DNA from: a virus
Taxonomy: Duplodnaviria > Caudoviricetes
Reading direction: 5' to 3' (one strand)
Length of the DNA: 64,000 nucleotides
Virus record (IMG/VR): IMGVR_UViG_3300031784_000002
The translations under genes were made by a program, and so were the position numbers. Position 1 is the stretch's first letter; each line of letters starts with the position of its first letter. Below are positions 57,221-64,000 of the stretch, in pieces. The notes below the pieces were generated by a model. That model searched no databases, was not told where the DNA came from, and was given only the letters and a program-made list of their open reading frames with translations.

Positions 57221-57353
57221 GGGTTGCTGCCCGATATGAAAAACACTTCCGTTACCTAGCTAGTAACTATGGTTGTGAAAAATCGGAATTTCCTCTGCCC
57301 GTGCTCTTCGGGATGTGAATTGAGGAAAGGTAAAGGGAAGAGACAGCAACCCA
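57221..57353 (+). ncRNA. Structured non-tRNA RNA inside the tRNA operon
   Basis: Closing 9-bp GGGTTGCTG/CAGCAACCC; internal CCGAT/ATCGG, GTTAC/GTAAC, TTTCCTC/GAGGAAA and CCCG/CGGG. Confidence 0.65.
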
Positions 57354-57357
57354 TTTT

Positions 57358-57432
57358 GTTCCTATCGACTAGCGGTTAGGTCACCACCCTTTCAAGGTGG
57401 CAGCACGGGTTCGAATCCCGTTAGGAATACCA
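57358..57432 (+). tRNA. tRNA-Glu(TTC), CCA encoded
   Basis: GTTCCTA/TAGGAAT; CT-TTC-AA. Confidence 0.92.
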
Positions 57433-57433
57433 A

Positions 57434-57506
57434 GGAAACATAGCTTAGTTGGTAAAGCATTCGACTGATAATCGAAAGACCACTGGTTCAAGTCCAGTTG
57501 TTTCCA
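57434..57506 (+). tRNA. tRNA-Ile(GAT)
   Basis: GGAAACA/TGTTTCC; CT-GAT-AA. Confidence 0.92.
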
Positions 57507-57508
57507 CT

Positions 57509-57582
57509 GTGTCGTTAGCCTAGTGGTAAGGCAGTGGTTTGTGGAACCACCTAGATGGGTTCAATTCCCATACGGCACCCCA
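57509..57582 (+). tRNA. tRNA-His(GTG), CCA encoded
   Basis: GTGTCGT/ACGGCAC; TT-GTG-GA; C73 discriminator. Confidence 0.9.
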
Positions 57583-57583
57583 C

Positions 57584-57655
57584 TCTGAGGTCGCCAAGTG
57601 GTAAGGCAGCGGGTTTTGGTCCCGCCATTCGTGGGTTCGAATCCTACTCTCAGAA
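57584..57655 (+). tRNA. tRNA-Gln(TTG)
   Basis: TCTGAGG/TCTCAGA; TT-TTG-GT. Confidence 0.9.
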
Positions 57656-57659
57656 CTAT

Positions 57660-57734
57660 ACTCTCTTAGCTCAGTGGACTCAGAGCACTTGACTACGGAT
57701 CAAGGTGTCGTAGGTTCGAATCCTACAGAGAGTG
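57660..57734 (+). tRNA. tRNA-Arg(ACG)
   Basis: ACTCTCT/AGAGAGT; CT-ACG-GA. Confidence 0.9.
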
Positions 57735-57771
57735 TTGACATTCATTCTCAGTGTGGTATGATGTCTTTATT

Positions 57772-57858
57772 GGAGAGGTGTCCGAGTGGTTTAAGGAGCA
57801 GACCTGGAAAGTCTGTGTGGGGGCAACTTCACCGTGGGTTCAAATCCCACTCTCTCCG
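57772..57858 (+). tRNA. tRNA-Ser(GGA)
   Basis: GGAGAGG/TCTCTCC; CT-GGA-AA; long variable arm. Confidence 0.92.
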
Positions 57859-57887
57859 TTGACAAACTTGCAAAAGTTTGTTACTAT
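57859..57887 (+). promoter_or_regulatory. Internal sigma70 promoter
   Basis: TTGACA-17 nt-TACTAT with an inverted repeat in the spacer. Confidence 0.65.
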
Positions 57888-57951
57888 ATAAAAGGATAGA
57901 GGTTAAGTCTCTGTTATATCCTTATGAGGTATATCACACTTAATCCATCAT

Positions 57952-58023
57952 TCCCCTGTAGCTCAGCGGTAGAGTCGTCGGCTGTTAACCGATTTGTCGC
58001 AAGTTCGAATCTTGCCGGGGGAG
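57952..58023 (+). tRNA. tRNA-Asn(GTT)
   Basis: TCCCCTG/CGGGGGA; CT-GTT-AA. Confidence 0.92.
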
Positions 58024-58025
58024 TT

Positions 58026-58193
58026 GGAAGGTCTGGAAATGTTCGGGTCTTCCTACTAAATCCTAGAAATTTTTTCTAGGTCAGGGGATTGATCACCCCT
58101 GTTCGTAGGTGCCAAAACCGCTCCTCATCCCTAGTATTCTGTGGGTGAGTGAATGTAAAGAGGGATAACATAGGTAAAGTTATCCACACCTAC
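58026..58193 (+). ncRNA. Multi-stem structured RNA inside the tRNA operon (possibly manA-motif-like)
   Basis: GGAAG/CTTCC, CCTAGAAA/TTTCTAGG, CAGGGG/CCCCTG, GTAGGTG/CACCTAC enclosing CTCATCC/GGGTGAG and GGATAAC/GTTATCC. Confidence 0.6.
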
Positions 58194-58198
58194 CACAT

Positions 58199-58270
58199 CC
58201 TCTGGTAGTCTATTGGTAAGGACAGGCAGACAATGCACTTGGAAACTAGGTTCGATTCCTAGACAGAGGT
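58199..58270 (+). pseudogene. tRNA-like element with intact acceptor, D and T arms but non-canonical anticodon arm
   Basis: CCTCTG/CAGAGG; TAGTCTATTGGTAAGGAC; CTAGG-TTCGATT-CCTAG; no 5-bp stem with a 7-nt loop in the anticodon position. Confidence 0.65.
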
Positions 58271-58275
58271 AACAA

Positions 58276-58357
58276 GTCGATGTGGCGGAATTGGTAGACG
58301 CGCTGGGTTTAGGTTCCAGTGAATTTATTCGTGGAGGTTCAAGTCCTCTCATCGACA
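58276..58357 (+). tRNA. tRNA-Leu(TAG)
   Basis: GTCGATG/CATCGAC; TT-TAG-GT; variable arm. Confidence 0.92.
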
Positions 58358-58358
58358 C

Positions 58359-58387
58359 TTGCCAATCTAAACTACATAGTTTATAAT
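58359..58387 (+). promoter_or_regulatory. Internal sigma70 promoter
   Basis: TTGCCA-17 nt-TATAAT. Confidence 0.65.
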
Positions 58388-58395
58388 TGGTACAT

Positions 58396-58467
58396 GCGGA
58401 ATTAGTTCAGTGGTAGAACGCCATCCTTCCAAGTTGGATGTCACCGGTTCGAATCCGGTATTCCGCT
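58396..58467 (+). tRNA. tRNA-Gly(TCC)
   Basis: GCGGAAT/ATTCCGC; CT-TCC-AA. Confidence 0.92.
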
Positions 58468-58470
58468 CTT

Positions 58471-58542
58471 GGGCGATTAACTCAGCGGTAGAGTGGCCTC
58501 CTTACAAGTGGTAAGTCACTGGTTCGATTCCAGTATCGCCCA
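58471..58542 (+). tRNA. tRNA-Val(TAC)
   Basis: GGGCGAT/ATCGCCC; CT-TAC-AA. Confidence 0.9.
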
Positions 58543-58559
58543 TTGATAGGACGAAAAGA

Positions 58560-59513
58560 ATGGAAATAAATGTATATAATAAATTCGGTGATGTAGTTAA
58601 ATCAATTGATCTTAAAGACTCTATTGAATACATTGATGGTAGAGTTTATAAAGGAGATAAATTTTACTACAAAGGTATAGGAGTTCCATATCAATTTCAT
58701 CATATTCATCCAGACGACATGACTGATGAGTATGATTTTATTGACGTATGCGATGTTTTTTATATTGGTAATTTAGTTTCGAAAAAAGTCTTCGCAGGAA
58801 AGACTGGAATATTCCAAGAAAAATATCAAACTCATTTTACTGATTGGATAGGTGCTTGTGGTGTAAAGGAACTCAACATATTTGAAAATTTATATGATGA
58901 GAGTGGATTTGAATTCAGTGCAATTGAAGTTTTTGAATATCAAATTATTGATGAACAAAATCAACAATATTATTTGAAGGTTGATTATCCAGAAGGTAGA
59001 AATAATTACTTAACGAGTCCTGATCCAAAAAAACTTAGGCTTCTTTTGGACTATATGATTCAAAATGATTGGAACTTTCCTTGGGATAAAAATTGTCTTA
59101 CAGATATTAACTCAGAATCTAAAATAACTGACGTAGCTGATATCTTTAAGTCCTCAGATATTTCTCATAAGATTGGAACAGTTTATGCTTTGTTGCATAG
59201 TCTTTATCAAAATGATCAAAATGCATACTTTGAATTTTGTGAATCAAATTCTTTAATGCACTATAATAGAATGAGTTTTATTCTTAATACTCTTTCTATT
59301 CTTCAATATAATAATGTAGATGTTGGTCATTTATATTCAACAACTCCGGTTGAAACTTATAGAAATATAATTTATAATTACTTGATTACTGGAAAAAATT
59401 GTGGTTTCTGTGGAGTTGGTAGTTGTAAAGGAAGAAAGGATTCTAATGAATCTTATGGGGAGGAAATTCGAAACGAATATATTAAAATGGCTAAAGTTCA
59501 ATTGAACTTATAA
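58560..59513 (+). CDS. Hypothetical protein with C-terminal CxxCxxxxC
   Basis: 317 aa AT-rich ORF; CGFCGVGSC near the C-terminus. Confidence 0.75.
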   Translation: MEINVYNKFGDVVKSIDLKDSIEYIDGRVYKGDKFYYKGIGVPYQFHHIHPDDMTDEYDFIDVCDVFYIGNLVSKKVFAGKTGIFQEKYQTHFTDWIGACGVKELNIFENLYDESGFEFSAIEVFEYQIIDEQNQQYYLKVDYPEGRNNYLTSPDPKKLRLLLDYMIQNDWNFPWDKNCLTDINSESKITDVADIFKSSDISHKIGTVYALLHSLYQNDQNAYFEFCESNSLMHYNRMSFILNTLSILQYNNVDVGHLYSTTPVETYRNIIYNYLITGKNCGFCGVGSCKGRKDSNESYGEEIRNEYIKMAKVQLNL

Positions 59514-59532
59514 ATATCTCAAAAAGAGTATA

Positions 59533-60057
59533 ATGGAAACACTTTATAAACTACTTTCTGATACTCAATCGAGTCTTTTTGTCTTATTTCATAAGACTTG
59601 GGCTTATCATTGGAATGTAGTTGGAGAAGATTTTCCTCAACTTCATACTCTTTTTGGTGGTCAGTATGAGACTATGTTTGAAGAGATTGATCGTATCTCT
59701 GAACACATGAGATTTTTAAATGTAAAACCACTTAATAGTTTAGAAAGAATTCTAGAAGTTTCAAAAATTAAAACAGGTCAAAGTACAACAGATTGCCATA
59801 AGATGGTTAAGGATCTGTTGAAGTCAAATCAAGATCTTTGTGAACTTCTTACTGAGGTTGCTGAAGAAGCTGATGAACAAAAGTCAAGAGCAACTTCAAA
59901 TCTTGCAGACGATCTAAACGAAACTCATGGTAAATTTGTTTGGATGTTAAGGTCTTATTTAGAATCTTCACCTGGATTGAAAGAAGAGGTAGTTGAGATT
60001 GAAGAAACTGAGGAACAAATCACCGAAGAAATTGTAGAAGAAACTATTGAAGATTGA
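59533..60057 (+). CDS. dps: Dps (DNA-binding ferritin-like stress protein)
   Basis: KTWAYHWNVVG.DF.QLH.LF..QY...EEIDRISEH, H.K..WML ferroxidase signature; TATAAATA at 59508. Confidence 0.92.
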   Translation: METLYKLLSDTQSSLFVLFHKTWAYHWNVVGEDFPQLHTLFGGQYETMFEEIDRISEHMRFLNVKPLNSLERILEVSKIKTGQSTTDCHKMVKDLLKSNQDLCELLTEVAEEADEQKSRATSNLADDLNETHGKFVWMLRSYLESSPGLKEEVVEIEETEEQITEEIVEETIED

Positions 60058-60073
60058 TTAAAGGTACAGTACA

Positions 60074-60325
60074 ATGTTAAGAGTAAGATGTAAGGTGTGT
60101 AACACCGAGTTGGAGTCGCATCCAACTAAATCAGTATGTTGTGGATGTGATAATATGACACTTGTGAAGGGAGACACTATTACTGCTGTTGACCTAAACC
60201 AGGTTGTCATGTTAAACTCCATAAAAGAAAACAAGAATTCTGGTGTACTCAGTGCATCGGATCTTGCATATCAAGAGTCCAGAAGAGCTCGTAAAGTTCG
60301 TAAACTGGATTTTGAGGTAAAGTAA
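60074..60325 (+). CDS. Zn-ribbon small protein
   Basis: CKVC...CCGCDN. Confidence 0.75.
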   Translation: MLRVRCKVCNTELESHPTKSVCCGCDNMTLVKGDTITAVDLNQVVMLNSIKENKNSGVLSASDLAYQESRRARKVRKLDFEVK

Positions 60326-61032
60326 TGTACCAAGAAGATTTGAATCCTTATAATTCTTCTGAATATGAAAAATTTTTTAAAACTACTTTATTATACAAAA
60401 AAATCAGTAAAAATTATGATCTAGTTTCTTTTGATAATGATTTAATGCAAATTATTAATGGACTCACTACAAGAACAGTTTTATCTTTATCTATTCTCGA
60501 TGCAGCACCATTTTATTATTTGCAATATTTGACTGACTTAAATCCATCAAAAATATATGATATTGGATGTAGAGCAAATTTATTTAAAAAGTATGTTCCA
60601 AATCTAATTGGAATTGATGTTTTAGCTGCAAAAAAAGATCGAGATGCAAATGCTGATGAATATCTAAAAATAAATAATCGTTTTTATGAAGAAAATTTTG
60701 AAACAATGGAAGCAGCTTTTGCAATAAATTCATTTCATTTTTTTCCTCTTAAAAAAATTAGAGAAAGAGTGATTCAGTTTTCTTCTTTAATTTCTAAAGG
60801 TGGTAGAGGTTGGATTACTTTTAATGCAGCAATAATGTTAGAACGTCAAGTTAAATCAAAAATTAGATTAAATTCTAAAAATATACCTGAGGAAGAAGTT
60901 GAGAAACTTGAAAAATTTGTGAGAAAAGAATTGTACGATTTGCCATTTAAATTAGAAGTTTTTGAGTGTACTATAAATAAAGAACTTGATTCTCCTTTAA
61001 CTGGTAATGTACGAATTCTTTTCACAAAATAA
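60325..61032 (+). CDS. Methyltransferase-like protein, homologous to the 38179 ORF
   Basis: YDIGCRANLFKKYVPNLIGIDV versus LDVGCGPNPFKGKIKNLIGIDP. Confidence 0.65.
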   Translation: MYQEDLNPYNSSEYEKFFKTTLLYKKISKNYDLVSFDNDLMQIINGLTTRTVLSLSILDAAPFYYLQYLTDLNPSKIYDIGCRANLFKKYVPNLIGIDVLAAKKDRDANADEYLKINNRFYEENFETMEAAFAINSFHFFPLKKIRERVIQFSSLISKGGRGWITFNAAIMLERQVKSKIRLNSKNIPEEEVEKLEKFVRKELYDLPFKLEVFECTINKELDSPLTGNVRILFTK

Positions 61033-61034
61033 TT

Positions 61035-61123
61035 GGAGGATTGGCTGAGTGGTTTAAAGCAGCGGATTGCTAATCCGTCGATGTCTTTAGGGGCATCCAT
61101 TGGTTCAAATCCAATATCCTCCG
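61035..61123 (+). tRNA. tRNA-Ser(GCT)
   Basis: GGAGGAT/ATCCTCC; TT-GCT-AA; long variable arm. Confidence 0.92.
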
Positions 61124-61126
61124 TTT

Positions 61127-61211
61127 GGAAAGGTGGCCGAGTGGTTTAAGGCAACTGTCTTGAAAACAGTCGATGTGAAAGCATCCGGAGGTTCGAATCC
61201 TCTCCTTTCCG
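61127..61211 (+). tRNA. tRNA-Ser(TGA)
   Basis: GGAAAGG/CCTTTCC; CT-TGA-AA; long variable arm. Confidence 0.92.
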
Positions 61212-61324
61212 TTTAAAATTATTAAAAATTTAAGTATTTCTTAATAAGTGTGTCGTAATGAACACAAAAGGATGCCTTTTGGGCTTCCGTGATTATTATA
61301 TACTTATGTACAAGTTAGTACCTT

Positions 61325-61474
61325 ATGGATCAACATACCTACGAAAATTGGGTGAAGATCAAAGAGACCTTCGAGGCCTCAGGTAACATGAATAATATGT
61401 TCTACAAAAGAGCATGTGAAATTGTAAAAACAAAAAGAGATCCTTTAGCTAAGTTTCTTGGAGATGAGAAGTGA
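61325..61474 (+). CDS. Small hypothetical protein (49 aa)
   Basis: Read manually: MDQHTYENWVKIKETFEASGNMNNMFYKRACEIVKTKRDPL... Confidence 0.6.
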   Translation: MDQHTYENWVKIKETFEASGNMNNMFYKRACEIVKTKRDPLAKFLGDEK

Positions 61475-61674
61475 TGGAACCTCAAGACGAATTAATCAGT
61501 CGTAGAGAAGTTCAGGAGATGATTGATGATGCAATCCGTAGACACAACCGTAATGCTTCAATTATTAGTATGTGCGTCGGTTGGGTGGTTCTTGCTTTAT
61601 TTGCTGAGGGACTTCTAAGACTTATTGGAGTTATTCCACCAGTACTACCATGGCTCAACATTACCCTGAAATAA
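61471..61674 (+). CDS. Small membrane protein
   Basis: EVQEMIDDAIRRHNRNASIISM followed by a TM segment. Confidence 0.7.
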   Translation: MMEPQDELISRREVQEMIDDAIRRHNRNASIISMCVGWVVLALFAEGLLRLIGVIPPVLPWLNITLK

Positions 61675-62146
61675 TTGGTATCGTTTTCCTGTTAGTATTT
61701 GCCGCCACGATGTTCTATCAAGGCACCTGTATTATTAGAGGTCAAAGAGGATATTCCCTCAGAGACTATATGAAACAGGAAAGTGTAAACATGCGTCAAA
61801 GAATAGAAGAACTACTCAAAGACAAATGATAGTGTTAACCGAAGAGGATTTAAAAGAACTACAAGAAAGAGTTCTACATCAAAAGATGGATGAACTATTT
61901 GAAGAACCATCTACATACGAGGATGATGATGGAATGGAATGAATTCATCGACTTTTTAGGCAAACAAATTTTAATTTTTATCGTATTTGTGTGTGGTCTC
62001 ACTGTGGGATATATGTACGGACAAAGAGATGTGGGAGGTTAAATATGAATAGTTTAACTTTGTCTAGTATTTGTGTATTTGGAGCAATTGGATTATTTAT
62101 TTTTTGGGGACTGGGACACGCTTATCCATAAATTGGGAGAGGACAA

Positions 62147-62812
62147 ATGAAGATTTTTTTAGATACGGCTGACGTTTCATTTATTAAGTCAGCGTATGAC
62201 ACAGGATTATTGGATGGGGTCACTACAAATCCATCATTAATTCTTAAGAGCGGAAGACAACTTTCGGAAGTTATTCAAGAGATTTCAACCGAGTTTCCAA
62301 ACTTGCAAAGTATTTCTGCAGAGGTTGTTGCAGAAACATCAGAAGAGATGCTTTCACAAGCACAACAATATTACTCAATTGCACCTGCAGTTACAATTAA
62401 AGTTCCTTGTACAGTAGAGGGACTTAAAACATGTAAGTTTCTTTCTGATAAAGGAATTCAAACTAACGTAACTTTGGTATTCTCAGTTGCTCAGGCAATC
62501 CTTGCATCTAAAGCAGGTGCAACATTCATCTCACCTTTTGTTGGTCGTTGGATGGATAACTCTATTGATGGTATTGAGTTGATTAGAAATATCCGCAAGG
62601 CTTTTGACTACTCTGGAACATCAACAAAGATTCTCGGTGCATCTCTCCGTGATGTGAGACAGGTGGAACAATCTGCACTCTTCGGTGCAGACGTTGTTAC
62701 AATCCCGCCAGTGGTCTTCTGGGCAATGTATAAGAACATTATGACTGATAAGGGTCTAGAACTCTTCCAGAAGGACTGGGAAGAGGTGTTGAATTCTGTT
62801 GATAGAAAGTGA
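62147..62812 (+). CDS. talC: Transaldolase (TalC/FSA type)
   Basis: IFLDTAD, GVTTNPSLI, TIKVP (Schiff-base Lys), TNVTLVFS, ISPFVGR. Confidence 0.96.
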   Translation: MKIFLDTADVSFIKSAYDTGLLDGVTTNPSLILKSGRQLSEVIQEISTEFPNLQSISAEVVAETSEEMLSQAQQYYSIAPAVTIKVPCTVEGLKTCKFLSDKGIQTNVTLVFSVAQAILASKAGATFISPFVGRWMDNSIDGIELIRNIRKAFDYSGTSTKILGASLRDVRQVEQSALFGADVVTIPPVVFWAMYKNIMTDKGLELFQKDWEEVLNSVDRK

Positions 62813-63015
62813 AATCTGAACATCAGTGTTGGCATTTTGTAATGTCTTCTTTTGCAAGAATATATGGAGTTCCTCGTATAAAAATTGACGAAAGAATACA
62901 TGCGTTTGCATTACAATGGTGTGATGATCATAATTATGTTTGCGATGTTCATCTAGATAGTTTGAATAAAGTTGATGCATATTTTAGACAAGAATACGAA
63001 TCTTGGGAGGGTTAA
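62809..63015 (+). CDS. Small hypothetical protein
   Basis: GTGA-coupled to talC. Confidence 0.6.
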   Translation: MKSEHQCWHFVMSSFARIYGVPRIKIDERIHAFALQWCDDHNYVCDVHLDSLNKVDAYFRQEYESWEG

Positions 63016-64000
63016 ATGAGGGTAGGATTAATCGGACTAGGAAGAATGGGCGAAGGTATGTCTCGCCGTATGATGAAAGCAGGAATAGAAGTTTGGGGCT
63101 ATCGGAGGAATTATGAAAAAGCAAACGAAGCTTACGAAAATGGATATGTTAATGGCATTACAACTTCTATACAAAGCCTTGCTCAAGTAGTCAAGTGCAA
63201 ATATAGTGGTGTATCTGACAAATATGGTACTGGTATTTTCATGATGGTTGTACCAGCAGAAAACGTAGAGGAAACAATCAATGAGTTACTACGATATTGT
63301 AGTGAAGGTGATATTATTATTGATCATGGCAATAGCAATTTTAAAGACAGTAGGAAAAGAGCAGAGCGTCTTGCAAAATTGGGTATCCAATATATTGATT
63401 GTGGCACTAGCGGTGGTGTTTATGGTCTGGATCGTGGATACTGTCTTATGGTTGGCGGCGGAAATACTGCGGTCTCCACTTGTTCGCGTATTTTTGATGC
63501 CCTTGCCCCAGGAATCAACGCTGCCCCCAGGACTCAATTTGACTCAGACATAACTTCTGCAGAGCAAGGATGGTTGCATTGTGGTGGTCCAGGTGCGGGA
63601 CACTTTGTAAAGATGGTTCATAATGGTATTGAATATGGTATAATGCAGGCTTATGCCGAAGGATTCAATATTCTTAAGAATGCTAATGTAGGATCTAAGT
63701 ACGTCAGAGAAGGAGATGCAGAGGTTGCCCCAATGTCAGATCCAGAAAGTTATTGCTATGACATTGATGTTGCTGAAGTGGCTGAGTTATGGCGTCGTGG
63801 TAGTGTGGTTGGTTCTTGGTTACTTGACCTTACTGCTGATGTGTTACGAGGCAACAGTGAGCTTAAACAGTTCTCTGGAGGCGTATCCGACAGCGGTGAG
63901 GGTCGTTGGACTGTTTCTGCCGCTGTGGACTTGGGGGTTCCCGCTCCTGTTATCACCACTGCGCTTTATGAAAGATTTAATTCACGCAATCTGGGTACTT
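63016..64000 (+). CDS. gnd: 6-phosphogluconate dehydrogenase (decarboxylating), 3'-truncated by the window; missing from the ORF track
   Basis: Translated manually: MRVGLIGLGRMG, IIIDHGNS, IDCGTSGG, GAGHFVKMVHNGIEYG, SGEGRW. Confidence 0.95.
   Translation, partial: MRVGLIGLGRMGEGMSRRMMKAGIEVWGYRRNYEKANEAYENGYVNGITTSIQSLAQVVKCKYSGVSDKYGTGIFMMVVPAENVEETINELLRYCSEGDIIIDHGNSNFKDSRKRAERLAKLGIQYIDCGTSGGVYGLDRGYCLMVGGGNTAVSTCSRIFDALAPGINAAPRTQFDSDITSAEQGWLHCGGPGAGHFVKMVHNGIEYGIMQAYAEGFNILKNANVGSKYVREGDAEVAPMSDPESYCYDIDVAEVAELWRRGSVVGSWLLDLTADVLRGNSELKQFSGGVSDSGEGRWTVSAAVDLGVPAPVITTALYERFNSRNLGT

Noticed and set aside
57898-57915. AGAGGTT...CTCT as a preQ1-I riboswitch
   Set aside because: The loop is too short, there is no A-rich 3' tail and no queuosine genes are nearby.
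61308-61321. GTA-N8-TAC NtcA-like box just upstream of the 61325 ORF
   Set aside because: A six-base motif is expected repeatedly by chance in 64 kb of AT-rich DNA, and there is no nitrogen-related gene context.
62045-62131. 28-aa hydrophobic ORF as petN or another photosynthesis subunit
   Set aside because: The size fits, but the sequence (MNSLTLSSICVFGAIGLFIFWGLGHAYP) lacks the PetN pattern I recall; left unannotated.
1-64000. Stop-codon reassignment
   Set aside because: Core genes are intact in the standard code, TAA, TGA and TAG all end genes, and there is no suppressor tRNA among the 16.

Overview
This is a 64-kb segment of a T4-like cyanomyovirus (Kyanoviridae-type) genome. The host assignment to picocyanobacteria rests on talC, gnd, mazG, hsp20, a cobS-like ATPase and a 2OG-Fe(II) oxygenase. 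1-14.6 kb is the replication core (cobS-like AAA, gp45, gp44, gp62, regA, hsp20, gp43, uvsX, gp41, mazG). 14.8-24.6 kb is a late-promoter (TAAATA) block of probable virion/internal proteins, several starting with a T4 capsid-targeting-like peptide. 24.6-29.1 kb holds primase and class Ia nrdAB. 29.7-38.2 kb holds an FG-GAP fibre, a C39 peptidase/lysozyme pair and an autotransporter-like protein. 38.2-45.9 kb is an AT-rich enzyme island (methyltransferase, four sulfotransferase/P-loop-like proteins, a di-iron ferritin-like protein, two N-terminal-twitch radical SAM enzymes). 45.9-52.5 kb is an inverted block (four exported or membrane proteins, a subtilase, a fibre). 56.5-61.2 kb carries 16 canonical tRNAs, one tRNA-like element with a broken anticodon arm and at least two larger structured non-tRNA RNAs. 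dps, talC and a 3'-truncated gnd (absent from the ORF track) close the window. The best leads are the radical SAM/sulfotransferase/di-iron island, the capsid-targeted nucleotidyltransferase and modular polyprotein, and the structured RNAs. All family assignments come from motif recognition by eye; no database searches were run.
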